Shown: positions 28,394 to 38,385, numbered from the stretch's first letter. The stretch: DNA of 64,000 bases from Deltaproteobacteria bacterium (GCA_017302715.1 JAFLCD010000008.1:37924-101923); one strand, 5' to 3'. The notes: a model not told the origin generated them from the sequence alone. Made by a program: numbers and translations.

Positions 28394-29845
28394 ATGAAAT
28401 TAAAAACCTTGGTCTTTTTGATCCTGATTTGTACAGGACTCGGACTTTATATTCACTTTGCCATCGAAAAGCCCAATGAGAAAAAATTCGAAACAGAATC
28501 CAGCGACTCCAAATTGATCAAAGGTGATTTAAGTCAACTCCAAACCATTCGCGTTGAAAGTGGAGAGAAGAAAATTGGGCTCGAAAAAATAAATTCGAAA
28601 TGGTGGATTACTTCTCCACTTAAAGATATCGCCGCTCAAAATAAAATGGATACTTTGACCGCTGCGCTCGGACGTCTAAAGCAATCGAAAGTTATTCTCA
28701 AAAAAGAAGAGCTCGCTGCGAAGAAAGAGGCCCTTAAACAATATGGCCTCGATCCCGCAAAACTTATATTTGAATATAAAACTTCCGATATCGCCGCACC
28801 CGCGAGTATTTTTTCTGGCTTAGCCAATCCGAGTAGTAACGGCGTGTATGCACAGCTAGGCAAAGATGGCGAAGTTGTTTTAACAACGATGGATATTGAC
28901 TATCTCACTACTCAAGGCGTCGACGATTTTAGAGAAATGCGTTTGATCACGGTGGATCCCAATGATTACGCCGAAGTCGAGATTCAAAGAAAAGATAAAG
29001 GCGTACTTAAAAAAATCAAATTAAAGAAGAATGAAAAACAGCAGTGGATCATGACCGCTCCCTATTCGCTGCCTGTGGATGAAGATTTTGCTCGATCAGA
29101 ACTTCAAAAAATTAGTTATATTCGAGCCAATTCTTTTTTGCCTACTTTGCCTGATTCTTTGAAAGATCCCGAAATTCGCATCGTGGTAGGCTTTAAAGAA
29201 AATGTTCAAGATCTTCGAGCAAATGAAGCAGATACCCGTCCCCATGGTACTGAAATTCTTCTGTCACGAATTCCTCGAAAAGGAATGCCCGATCAATTTG
29301 ATTATTTTGGAAAATCTGACAAAACTGCCGCCGCTAATATCGCGCAATTTCACTATGATAATTTTTCAAAATCTCCTGAGGATTTTGTTCGAAAATCTTT
29401 CAACCTCTTTGACATTTCCGATATTAAAAAATTAATCATCAAACAAAGTGGATCTTCCGAAATTGTAATTACCCGAAACAAAGAGGATGATTACGGCGTC
29501 GAACAAGGCGAGAAAAAGAAAAAGGGGATCGCGCAAAATATCAATGCTGCGATCAAACAAATTCAAAATCTTCGCGCTGCAAAATTTATCGAAGTATTTT
29601 CTAAGCCGACATCGACGCCCTCTCTTTCTGTTCAAATTGAAAAAATAGACGGCCGCGTACTACATTTTGTATTCGACTTCAAGAAAGAGATGTCTGAGCT
29701 TTGGTTTTCAAATGTCGATCAAAAGCTAAGATATGTTTTAGGCAAAGATCCTATCACTCTTTCATATTTTGATTTCGATGCATTGACAAACTTACCTACC
29801 AAGAAAGAGAGTCAACTTCAACCACCCAAGAAGGCGGAGCCCTAA
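28394..29845 (+). CDS. DUF4340-like periplasmic protein (typical GldG partner)
   Basis: N-terminal TM anchor, 483 aa. Gene order GldA/GldF/GldG/DUF4340 is recurrent in Gram-negatives. Confidence 0.55.
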   Translation: MKLKTLVFLILICTGLGLYIHFAIEKPNEKKFETESSDSKLIKGDLSQLQTIRVESGEKKIGLEKINSKWWITSPLKDIAAQNKMDTLTAALGRLKQSKVILKKEELAAKKEALKQYGLDPAKLIFEYKTSDIAAPASIFSGLANPSSNGVYAQLGKDGEVVLTTMDIDYLTTQGVDDFREMRLITVDPNDYAEVEIQRKDKGVLKKIKLKKNEKQQWIMTAPYSLPVDEDFARSELQKISYIRANSFLPTLPDSLKDPEIRIVVGFKENVQDLRANEADTRPHGTEILLSRIPRKGMPDQFDYFGKSDKTAAANIAQFHYDNFSKSPEDFVRKSFNLFDISDIKKLIIKQSGSSEIVITRNKEDDYGVEQGEKKKKGIAQNINAAIKQIQNLRAAKFIEVFSKPTSTPSLSVQIEKIDGRVLHFVFDFKKEMSELWFSNVDQKLRYVLGKDPITLSYFDFDALTNLPTKKESQLQPPKKAEP

Positions 29846-30114
29846 TGTCAGATAAGAAAAATCAAAGTTCGTCTGAAATTAATTTTGAAACTTTTATTTT
29901 ATCTTTAGGAACTGCTGTAATCATTTCGCTTGGCGAAGTTGAAAACCCAGTGAGCGGAAAAAAAGAAAAAAACTTACCATCCGCAAAACAGCATATTGAT
30001 ATTTTAGAAATTTTATCCTTAAAAACGGCCGGCAATTTGACCGCGCAAGAAAAAAAATTGCTCGACGAGATTCTTTACGAAACTCGTCTGAAATATATTC
30101 AACAAACCTCTTAA
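29845..30114 (+). CDS. Small conserved protein, DUF1844-like
   Basis: 89 aa. FETFILSLGTAVIISLG...HIDILEIL pattern. Start overlaps the upstream stop. Confidence 0.45.
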   Translation: MSDKKNQSSSEINFETFILSLGTAVIISLGEVENPVSGKKEKNLPSAKQHIDILEILSLKTAGNLTAQEKKLLDEILYETRLKYIQQTS

Positions 30115-30128
30115 TAACGGAGATTAAA

Positions 30129-31607
30129 ATGAAACGTCTTTTTTCATTAGTTACTTTTACAAGCCTTACAAGTTTGATTCTTTCGGCACCGATCTTTGCC
30201 TCTGACAAAGTTTGGTCCGAGAAAGAAAACACTGCCCCCGCTTTAGTCAATTTGCCTGACTTTGCCCCACTTATCGATCAGCTCGATCAAACGATTGTCA
30301 ATGTGGCAGGAACATCTGATCCAGCCGCGCAACAACAGCAACAACAGAAACAAAAAATGCGAGGTCGAGGTCCACAGCAACAGCCCGAGCAATTCATGGG
30401 TCCAGACGATTTTTTTGAAAAATTTTTTGGAAATCCATTTCGCGAAGAAAATCCTCAACCTCGAAGAACTCTGGGCTCTGGTTTTATCATTTCAAAAGAC
30501 GGATATATTTTAACCAATAATCACGTCGTCGAAGGCACCGACAAAATTGAAATCACTCTTTTGGATGGAGCTAAAGGCGCGAGAAAAAACGCAAATAAAT
30601 TTCAAGCTACGATTGTCGGACGAGATCCAGCAACTGACGTCGCTCTTTTAAAAATCAAAACGGGTTTTGATTTACCATTCGCTTACCTTGGAAATTCAAG
30701 CAAAATTAAAAAAGGTGACTGGGCTTTAGCATTTGGAAATCCTTTCGGCCTGGATCATTCTGTTTCAGCCGGAATTATTTCGGCAATCGGCCGAGAAATT
30801 TCTCCCAATGAAAATCGTCGCTTCGATGACTTCATTCAAACCGATGCTGCGATTAACTTTGGAAATTCTGGAGGGCCTTTGGTCAATCTCAAAGGCGAAG
30901 TCATCGGTATTAATACCGCAATCACTGCTCAAGGAAGTGGAATCGGTTTTGCAGTTCCCATCAATATTGCCAAAGACGTTGCGTCTCAGCTCAAAGATTC
31001 TGGAACTGTCGCCCGCGGATATTTAGGAGTGATGATTCAAGACGTCAGCGAAGAAATCAAAGAAGGCATGGGGCTCAAAGAAGCCAGAGGAGTTCTTGTC
31101 AATGATGTTGTCGCCGATGGTCCCGCCGCTAAATCGGCTCTTCAACGAGGAGACGTGATCATCAAAGTCGGCACCACCGACGTTAACGATACAAAAACTT
31201 TACAGAAAACCATCGCACGCATTAAACCCGGCAATTCTGTTGATCTTGAAGTCATTCGAGATAAAAAGCCGATTAAGCTTTCTCTCAAAGTCGGAACTCT
31301 CAATGATGTAACTGGTGAGAAAGATCAAAAGTCCGACGTCGCTCCGGGTAAAGCAGATAAGCTAGGACTCGTTGTCGGATTAACCTCGGATAAATCGGCC
31401 GTGCAAATCCAAGAAATTGATGATCAGTCAGCTGCTTTTCAGGCGGGAATGGCGCCTGGAGATGTGATTCGACGAATCAACGGACAAGCTGTAAAAAGTT
31501 TAGATCAATATAAAAAAGCAGTGGCTTCGATGAAATCTAAACAGACGGCGCTTTTTGATCTTGAAAGAAAAACTCTCAAACTTTTTATCGCGTTTAGAGT
31601 TCCTTAA
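30129..31607 (+). CDS. DegP/HtrA-family periplasmic serine endoprotease with two PDZ domains
   Basis: Signal peptide. Catalytic His (TNNHVV), Asp (DVALLKI) and Ser (GNSGGPLVN) motifs. Two PDZ-like C-terminal modules. 492 aa. Confidence 0.9.
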   Translation: MKRLFSLVTFTSLTSLILSAPIFASDKVWSEKENTAPALVNLPDFAPLIDQLDQTIVNVAGTSDPAAQQQQQQKQKMRGRGPQQQPEQFMGPDDFFEKFFGNPFREENPQPRRTLGSGFIISKDGYILTNNHVVEGTDKIEITLLDGAKGARKNANKFQATIVGRDPATDVALLKIKTGFDLPFAYLGNSSKIKKGDWALAFGNPFGLDHSVSAGIISAIGREISPNENRRFDDFIQTDAAINFGNSGGPLVNLKGEVIGINTAITAQGSGIGFAVPINIAKDVASQLKDSGTVARGYLGVMIQDVSEEIKEGMGLKEARGVLVNDVVADGPAAKSALQRGDVIIKVGTTDVNDTKTLQKTIARIKPGNSVDLEVIRDKKPIKLSLKVGTLNDVTGEKDQKSDVAPGKADKLGLVVGLTSDKSAVQIQEIDDQSAAFQAGMAPGDVIRRINGQAVKSLDQYKKAVASMKSKQTALFDLERKTLKLFIAFRVP

Positions 31608-32183
31608 TTAAAAGGGATAAATCACGGTCAAAGCCTTTGTGGGCTTTGACCCAGGATTATAAAAAACGTGAGGAGAAGTGGAACGAAGAAAAAGCGAATC
31701 CCCTTCTTCTAAATGAAATTTTTCTCCGGCGATTTCGCCGGCCATCTCTCCCTCTAAAATATAAATAAATTCTTCGCCTTCATGAGTGACATCATTGGTA
31801 GGTCGCTTGGTTTGATGAGGCGGAAGTTCAATCAGGTAGGCATCGAGATGTTTATCTTCGCCCATCGACGTCAGCGGCTCATACATATAATCAAAAATTC
31901 TCGTTTTACTTGGTTGAACTAACGGCTGAACTCGCTTTCGATCTTTTTTTCTTTGGATTTCGAAGCTCTTCGTATGCGGTCGATCCCTAAAAATTTCGGC
32001 GACATTCACATCGAGCGCCTTCGACAACAAAATGAGATGAGCAATGATGGGCTGCTCTTCATTGGCCTCAATTCTTTCAATCTGATCCTGAGAAATTTTG
32101 GTTTTTTCGGCCAATTGCTCAAGGCTTAAGCCCTTTCGTTCTCGAAACTTTCGAATGCGATCTCCGAGCGCCAGGTACTTCAT
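31608..32183 (-). CDS. XRE-family HTH plus cupin-domain transcriptional regulator
   Basis: LGDRIRKFRERKGLSLEQLAEKTKIS is an HTH_XRE. C-terminal cupin-like beta region. Start placed at MKYLALG. The ORF extends to 32243. Confidence 0.7.
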   Translation of the reverse strand: MKYLALGDRIRKFRERKGLSLEQLAEKTKISQDQIERIEANEEQPIIAHLILLSKALDVNVAEIFRDRPHTKSFEIQRKKDRKRVQPLVQPSKTRIFDYMYEPLTSMGEDKHLDAYLIELPPHQTKRPTNDVTHEGEEFIYILEGEMAGEIAGEKFHLEEGDSLFLRSTSPHVFYNPGSKPTKALTVIYPF

Positions 32184-32286
32184 AGGCCTTAGTTTACCCT
32201 GCCAACACATAAATGCCCATAAAATCAATAGTTTAGCCTCCAAAGAAGGGATTGAGAAGTAAGGCCTCTTCGACTAGTTTCAGCCC

Positions 32287-33645
32287 GTGTTTAAGATTCT
32301 GAGAGGGGTTTTAGCAGCCAGTCTTGTCGCGGTGACTTTCTCGGGTCTTTTCGCGCAGACCGTCTCGTCTGTGATCGGTGGGATCTCGACCACCCCCACT
32401 CGACCCACTCCCGCCGGCGTTGTTTGGAACCCAGCCCTGATTGGTGCTTTATCGAATACCCAAATCGAAACGAATCTAAGTCTTTTGGGTGGATGGTTGA
32501 TCTATGATCGCCAAGGCACTGACCCCAATACGGGCAAACCTTACAAAAGTAGTTCGATGAATTCTCTCGCGCCCAATCCCTATTTTTCGATTTCGAGCCC
32601 TCTTGGAACCGAAAAATTTCGCTTCGCTTTCACCTCTTATTTTCCGTCCGGAGCGATGGCCAGATTCGATGACGAAGGTTCTCAGCGCTATGAATTTATT
32701 CGAGGCTATATGTTGCCCTGGCACAATCAACTGACGATTGCCTATCGCCCCAACCCCACTTGGACTTTTGCCGTCGCAGGAATTTCTTCGACCGCTTTTT
32801 TTCAAACCGAACTCGATGTGGATCTCTCTCATTTTATGGAAGGTGTTTTGCATTCTTCTGAAATTCCAAAAGAAAGCTCTGCTCTCGCATCGCGCGCGCA
32901 AATTCCTCAGAGCTGGACTCAAGGTTGGGGAGGCGCCATCGGAATTCTCTATTGGCCAACTTATGAATGGTCGATGGGTTTATCTTTTTTTTCACCCATC
33001 GTTTACAACTTCGAAGGCGATTTGAATTTGCAAAGTCCTTCGATGGTTTCGGTTTTAGGTTCTGGATTGAGAGCACTCGGAGTTGAAGAAGTTGTTCCTA
33101 ACCGAATCAAAGCGCGATCCGTGATGCCAGCCTTTTTGCAACTCGGCACTCGCTTTCAGCCTTTTGGATACTGGACGAACGAATATTTTGGTCGATACAC
33201 TTTTTCGTCTTGGAATCGAAGTCTCTCGATTCGTGTTCAAAATTCTCAAATCGCAGCACTCCATGGTTTTGAAATTCCTGGAAAAGCATTGAATGATACT
33301 TTTTTAATGGGAACGGTTCAGACCTTTTCTTTTTGGCAACGCTGGAATCTAGGAACAAATATTAATTATTATTTGAACGGCACCGACGATCAGGTCTTGA
33401 GTTTAAGTCGCGCCGATTTTGACTCTTTAATGACTGGCGTCTTTCTTCACTATTCATGGAACAAAAAGCTGACCCTCGGTGCAGAATACGCACATACATT
33501 TATGTTTGATCGCTCTTCTCAGGATGCGGAGATTTCACAAAACAATAGCACGAATCAAAATCAATATTTTAGACTGTCGGTGTCTGATGCGCATTATCGA
33601 GCCAGCTTGGATCGAGTGGGGTTAAATCTTAAATATGCGTTTTAA
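32287..33645 (+). CDS. Outer-membrane beta-barrel protein (FadL/OmpP1-like size and C-terminal Phe)
   Basis: Signal peptide. Alternating aromatic-rich beta strands. C-terminal LNLKYAF. 452 aa. Confidence 0.5.
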   Translation: MFKILRGVLAASLVAVTFSGLFAQTVSSVIGGISTTPTRPTPAGVVWNPALIGALSNTQIETNLSLLGGWLIYDRQGTDPNTGKPYKSSSMNSLAPNPYFSISSPLGTEKFRFAFTSYFPSGAMARFDDEGSQRYEFIRGYMLPWHNQLTIAYRPNPTWTFAVAGISSTAFFQTELDVDLSHFMEGVLHSSEIPKESSALASRAQIPQSWTQGWGGAIGILYWPTYEWSMGLSFFSPIVYNFEGDLNLQSPSMVSVLGSGLRALGVEEVVPNRIKARSVMPAFLQLGTRFQPFGYWTNEYFGRYTFSSWNRSLSIRVQNSQIAALHGFEIPGKALNDTFLMGTVQTFSFWQRWNLGTNINYYLNGTDDQVLSLSRADFDSLMTGVFLHYSWNKKLTLGAEYAHTFMFDRSSQDAEISQNNSTNQNQYFRLSVSDAHYRASLDRVGLNLKYAF

Positions 33646-35179
33646 ATTTTTTATTTTTTTTAGTTTATTGGTTCCGACCTTTGGATTCCCCCAAGAGAAT
33701 CCTCACGCGCATACTTTGGGCGTTGTTTTTCGCCCCACTTTTTTTAAGCATTTTCTAGAAGCCTTTAATCAACAAAATCAAAGTATCGAAATTAATGAAT
33801 GCTTGGATGAAGACTGGAATATTTCTTTGGTAGGAAGAGTATCCGCCGACATTTCTCTTCCGAGCTTTACGCCTAAATCAAGAAGTCTGGCTCTTGAAAC
33901 TCAAATTTTAAATTTGAATTTCGATGGGATGATTTATCAGGGCTGCGGATCTTCGCAAAGCCGACCGCTGACAAGTCCTTTTTCAATTAATCTCGATTGC
34001 GCGAATTTAAAATTCTTTGTCGCGCCAGAGGACTTGAGTTTAAAAGTTGAAAAAGAGGAGCTCGGAAGTATTTCTAAGAATTTAAAACTGGATATTCACA
34101 AATTTCCAAAAATTTCGACTATTTTAAATACCATCCCTTGGCAAGAATCTGTGGTTACGACGATCGTCAAAAAAATTGAAAATCGATTTTCAGATCAAAT
34201 TCATGACAAGCTTCGCGGACTTATTTTTCTTCAATCTATTTATGATGCCACGGCTGATAGCGCAATTTGGAAAGAAGGACCCATTCTTCAGCGTGGAGCC
34301 TTAACTCTCGAATTTGCTCCGGGCTCCAAAGAGCAACGAGATATTTTATTTGGATTCGTTCCCTTTTCCAAAAATTCACTTACGGTTTCACCGATGGGAG
34401 TTGAGTTTTACGTCAACGCTCTTTTTCTTAATCACGATCATTTAAAATCCATGGCCGAGATAGCTCCGCTTCGAATGGATAAAATGGCCTCTCGTTTAGA
34501 TATTACTAAATCAGCGCTTCAAACCGCTCCGAGCTGGTTGCCCAGTAATTATTCTCCGGTTTCAGTTCCTCAAGAAAGCGAAAGTGAGATCAGCACCATT
34601 TTACCTGCGAGTTTAATTAACGAAGCCTTCAATACCGTTTACAAAGCCCGGCTTCTAGGGTTTGTCGCAAAAAATAATTTAGCCGAGCAGACAAAAAATC
34701 TTGTCGTTAAAGATGCACCTTCTGTTTATCAAATTATAAAAATGAATCCTAAAGCGGCGCCAAAAATTTATTTTAAACCCGATCGATTGCAACTTGAAGT
34801 AAAAGGTTATTCTTTAGAGGTAGGCACGTTTATAGAAGATCGAATGATCCCTTCAACTCAAGTAAACGCCGACGCAAAAGTTTCAGTCACTTTAAAGATC
34901 GATAATAAAACTCAGATGTTAAACATCGTTTTATTGCCAGAGACTTTTGAAGTCACACTCAAAGATCTTAAAAATCGCCTTGGAGAAAAAGAAATTGAGA
35001 TCTTCACAAAAGTTGCCGAAGGATTGTGGGGAGATTTTATTAAATCAAATCCAGAATTGGCACTTTTTCCAACGGTTATCGAATCAGAGACGGCACCCAT
35101 TGAGATTTCAAAAATTACAGTTCAAGGCGATAACTTGCTTCTCGATATGAATGTGGATTGGAAGAAATCCAAATTATGA
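33635..35179 (+). CDS. Secreted hypothetical protein
   Basis: 514 aa. N-terminal signal (MRFKFFIFFSLLVPTFGFP). Overlaps the upstream OMP gene by 11 nt. Confidence 0.45.
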   Translation: MRFKFFIFFSLLVPTFGFPQENPHAHTLGVVFRPTFFKHFLEAFNQQNQSIEINECLDEDWNISLVGRVSADISLPSFTPKSRSLALETQILNLNFDGMIYQGCGSSQSRPLTSPFSINLDCANLKFFVAPEDLSLKVEKEELGSISKNLKLDIHKFPKISTILNTIPWQESVVTTIVKKIENRFSDQIHDKLRGLIFLQSIYDATADSAIWKEGPILQRGALTLEFAPGSKEQRDILFGFVPFSKNSLTVSPMGVEFYVNALFLNHDHLKSMAEIAPLRMDKMASRLDITKSALQTAPSWLPSNYSPVSVPQESESEISTILPASLINEAFNTVYKARLLGFVAKNNLAEQTKNLVVKDAPSVYQIIKMNPKAAPKIYFKPDRLQLEVKGYSLEVGTFIEDRMIPSTQVNADAKVSVTLKIDNKTQMLNIVLLPETFEVTLKDLKNRLGEKEIEIFTKVAEGLWGDFIKSNPELALFPTVIESETAPIEISKITVQGDNLLLDMNVDWKKSKL

Positions 35180-36207
35180 AAAGATTTTTATTTATTCTCA
35201 CCTACACCGCATTTTTTGCTTCTTGCCAGTCGAGTTCTGTCAGCAGCTTAAGTGAATATCAATTGATTCATCCTGAGCTAAGTTTGGGTGAATATTTACA
35301 GGTAAAAAATTCTTCAGAGCTCATCACCGTCAATCGATCTTCCTCTCAAGGTGGCCTTGTTAAAATTAGTTTGCCTTCCGGCGAAATCACAGTTCTCGAT
35401 GCATCCGCTTCAGAAGCTCGCGATATTAAAATTTCTGAAGATCAAGTGGCATATCGCGTAGGACAAGAGCTTAGACTTCTCTCTCAAACCAATGGTCATA
35501 CGTACACCGTGCTCTCGCAAAAAATTTCTAAGCTCAGAAGCTTTGATAAGGATCTTCTTTGTTTTGAAAATGAAAAATCTCAACCCAAATGGATGAGAAT
35601 CGACTCTCAAGGACGCCCCACCTCTTCGGGAGAACTTCCGGGCTCCGTAAAGGCCACTGCCGTTTTGAATGATGTGCTTTATCTCGCTTACCAAAATGAT
35701 GATGGATTTTTCTTTGCACAGTTTCCTCAAAATTCTTCGGAAGTTAAAGACTCTCTTTTAATTGAAGCGACAGGCGAAGATGAAAACGTAGGCAGTTATG
35801 CTGCCATGAGATTTTTTGGGTCCGAAGTTATTATCGGTTATTTAGCAGAGAATACCGGTCAGTTTAAAATAGCTCGAAAAAAATCGACTCAAGATCAATT
35901 TCACACCGAAGTGATCGACGGCATTGCTAATAAAAATTTTCGCGGCATGGATATCGCGATTTTTAACGACCGAGGAAAGCCCGGCTTTCTTTATTTAGAT
36001 GCATGGGAATATAAACTTCGTTGGGCACGTCAGCAAAATGGCAAATGGATTAGCCATCAACTCCCCATTCAAGGTGCTGTTGGATTTTATAATCAGATCA
36101 TTCAAGAAAATTCCGATGAGATTCTCATAGGATTTCACAATTTCAGATCTCAGCGCGGAGATGAAACTACTTATTTAAACTTAGCGACTGGAAAATTAGC
36201 TCTTTAA
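35176..36207 (+). CDS. Lipoprotein, hypothetical (beta-propeller-like repeats possible)
   Basis: MKRFLFILTYTAFFASCQSS lipobox. 343 aa. Start adjusted to the internal ATG with signal peptide. Confidence 0.45.
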   Translation: MKRFLFILTYTAFFASCQSSSVSSLSEYQLIHPELSLGEYLQVKNSSELITVNRSSSQGGLVKISLPSGEITVLDASASEARDIKISEDQVAYRVGQELRLLSQTNGHTYTVLSQKISKLRSFDKDLLCFENEKSQPKWMRIDSQGRPTSSGELPGSVKATAVLNDVLYLAYQNDDGFFFAQFPQNSSEVKDSLLIEATGEDENVGSYAAMRFFGSEVIIGYLAENTGQFKIARKKSTQDQFHTEVIDGIANKNFRGMDIAIFNDRGKPGFLYLDAWEYKLRWARQQNGKWISHQLPIQGAVGFYNQIIQENSDEILIGFHNFRSQRGDETTYLNLATGKLAL

Positions 36208-36210
36208 AAT

Positions 36211-36648
36211 TTATTGGGTCCAGACGAGATCTTTTAAAACCCACACCTCATCGCCATCACGATCTTCTAATTTAAGCCATCCATCTTTTTCACTTACCCA
36301 ACGAAAGGATAGATATTTATCTCCGGGGCTGGCAGCGACGGCATCAAAATTTTTGCCAGGACCTTTTCTTAAATTTGCAAATTTATCTTTTATCGTCGCG
36401 CAATGATATTTGGTCGTGACAAGATCTTCGCGCACCCAATGTTTTTGACCATCCACATCTTCCACGCGATACCAACCCTTTTGCTTAGATAGTTTTTTAA
36501 GCGGCATATATTGCTGCACTTCAAAAGTGACTGGCCAAGTTCTTCCTGGACCCTTTCGAAGTTTAGCAAAGGGCTCAGAAACACAGAGAGCAAAAGAAAA
36601 TTCCGGGACAAACAAAATAGCCATGACAAGGTAAAGGCAGATTTTCAT
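36211..36648 (-). CDS. Tandem bacterial SH3 (SH3b) domain protein, secreted
   Basis: Signal peptide MKICLYLVMAILFVPEFSFA. Two repeats, GWYRVEDVDGQKHWVREDLV and GWLKLEDRDGDEVWVLKDLV. Confidence 0.6.
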   Translation of the reverse strand: MKICLYLVMAILFVPEFSFALCVSEPFAKLRKGPGRTWPVTFEVQQYMPLKKLSKQKGWYRVEDVDGQKHWVREDLVTTKYHCATIKDKFANLRKGPGKNFDAVAASPGDKYLSFRWVSEKDGWLKLEDRDGDEVWVLKDLVWTQ

Positions 36649-36697
36649 TGCTCTAGAATGAAGTGGCTTTTTTAAAAAATCATTAGAAAACTGAAAA

Positions 36698-36904
36698 TTA
36701 ATCCTGAGAAATTTCATCTGAGGGCGGCAAATCCTGAGGAGTATCGGATGGCATCGTATCATCGGTAGGTTCGACTAACTGATCAAACCGTGTTTGATCG
36801 TCATCGGTAGGATTAGACGAAGTCATCGTTTCTTGAGCGTGAGCCATCGGAAAAGCCGAAGAAACCAAAGAAGATAAAATAAAAATGCGAATGCCCAAAA
36901 TCAT
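36698..36904 (-). CDS. Small secreted acidic protein (68 aa), possibly co-transcribed with the ECF sigma/anti-sigma pair
   Basis: Signal peptide then a Asp/Glu/Pro/Thr-rich tail. Start overlaps the anti-sigma stop by 4 nt. Confidence 0.35.
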   Translation of the reverse strand: MILGIRIFILSSLVSSAFPMAHAQETMTSSNPTDDDQTRFDQLVEPTDDTMPSDTPQDLPPSDEISQD

Positions 36905-37479
36905 GTCGGCAACCTCATCGGCTTAAGCGACGCACTCGATCCTTTGTGACGAAATTGAATACGTAAATGCTTTTCTTTTAAAACCTTGCCGCCTTCATCT
37001 CTAAAAATAAAATGAATATTTTTTTTGCCGGGAGTATCGGATCGAACAACCACGGGAAGATATCCAAGCTTTCGAACCCGCTCACCCGAAATTTTTAAGA
37101 CTTTCAAGTCTCTGACATGAGGATGACGTCTCGAATGAAAATTTACTCCTTCGGGAAGCACAACCTCAACAGACGCAATTTGCGGAGCTAAAGTTTGATA
37201 GCCATAGCGAAGAAGTAATTCTTCACCCTCAACTCCCTGCAAGGTGACCGATGAAATCAAATAAATCCACGCGATCAATGCAAGTGAAAAAACTCCGCCC
37301 GATGTAGAAAAGCTCCAAAACCAAAACTTCGAACGCGATTTTATTTTTTGAGATTGCTCCTCAAAATGAGCCAAGATTCTCGTCTTCATAAAAGGAGATG
37401 GCGTCAGTGAAGCAGACTTCAAGGATGCTAAAGCTCCTTGAGTACGTTTCGCCAAATCTTGAGAATCATTAAAATTCAT
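36901..37479 (-). CDS. Putative membrane-anchored anti-sigma factor
   Basis: 192 aa with a single TM helix (FWFWSFSTSGGVFSLALIAWIYLI), immediately downstream of an ECF sigma factor gene. Confidence 0.5.
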   Translation of the reverse strand: MNFNDSQDLAKRTQGALASLKSASLTPSPFMKTRILAHFEEQSQKIKSRSKFWFWSFSTSGGVFSLALIAWIYLISSVTLQGVEGEELLLRYGYQTLAPQIASVEVVLPEGVNFHSRRHPHVRDLKVLKISGERVRKLGYLPVVVRSDTPGKKNIHFIFRDEGGKVLKEKHLRIQFRHKGSSASLKPMRLPT

Positions 37480-37494
37480 AACAACAACTGCTTT

Positions 37495-38040
37495 CTATAG
37501 AGTAGACGCTTTAGGAAGCTTTAAAGTTTCAGTTTTTTCGTATTTATCTAAAAATTCTTTTCGAGCTCTGTGTAAACGCGAGCGTAGAGCATCTTCCGAA
37601 ATGCCAATGATTTCAGCTGCTTCGGCATAAGAATAGCCTTCCATATCTACCAAAACCAAACAGATCTGAGAATCGGAGTCTAAAGCCGCTAAAATTTCAC
37701 GAACCTCTAGATCTTGCTCATGAGGCGTCTGAACGACTTCATCGTCCGCAATCGGACGAATCTCTTCACGTTTATGGGATCTTACAAAATCTAAAAATTC
37801 GTGCCGGGCAATCTGAAACAACCAAGGACGAAACTTCTCAGCTTCTTGCAGCTTATGAATTTTTTCGAAGGCCTTGATCAGCGTATTTTGAGAAAGGTCC
37901 TCGGCTCGACTTTGATCCCGACAAAGATAGAAGCAAAATCGAAAAAGCGCCGTCTGATAAAGATCGATGAGCTCTGAAAAAGCAGATCGATCACCGGCCT
38001 TCGCCCTTAAAACGAGTTGTATCGATTGCTGAAAATCCAT
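37495..38040 (-). CDS. ECF-subfamily RNA polymerase sigma-70 factor
   Basis: Region 2 (ELIDLYQTALFRFCFYLCRDQSRAEDLSQNTLIKAF) and region 4 HTH (YSYAEAAEIIGISEDALRSRLHRARKEF). 181 aa. Confidence 0.85.
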   Translation of the reverse strand: MDFQQSIQLVLRAKAGDRSAFSELIDLYQTALFRFCFYLCRDQSRAEDLSQNTLIKAFEKIHKLQEAEKFRPWLFQIARHEFLDFVRSHKREEIRPIADDEVVQTPHEQDLEVREILAALDSDSQICLVLVDMEGYSYAEAAEIIGISEDALRSRLHRARKEFLDKYEKTETLKLPKASTL

Positions 38041-38131
38041 GGGTATCTCTCTAGCTTAAACTTTTTGAATTTTCTTTGAAACGAATTTGAATTATCCAGC
38101 GTCTACAGGTGCAGAAGGAGTTTATTTATCT

Positions 38132-38365
38132 ATGAAAATTAAAATGATCAGTCTTTTAGGTGCTTTTCTTCCAGCAATCGTTTTGGCAGAAGGTACACCA
38201 ACAACCACCGCAACGACCGAAACTGCTGCTCCAACCACTCAAGAAGTGCAAAGACCAGCTGCTAAAGTCGCTAAAGTGACCAAAAAGACTAAAGTTCAAA
38301 GCGCTAAGAAAGCTAAAAAACCAGCTCATAAAGAAGAAGGTCAGCCTACTTCGCCAGCGAACTAA
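38132..38365 (+). CDS. Small secreted Thr/Lys/Ala-rich low-complexity protein
   Basis: AAGGAG RBS 11 nt upstream. Signal peptide MKIKMISLLGAFLPAIVLA. TTTATTETAAPTT and KKAKK repeats. Confidence 0.45.
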   Translation: MKIKMISLLGAFLPAIVLAEGTPTTTATTETAAPTTQEVQRPAAKVAKVTKKTKVQSAKKAKKPAHKEEGQPTSPAN

Positions 38366-38385
38366 TCTTGTTTTTCTTAGTTATC

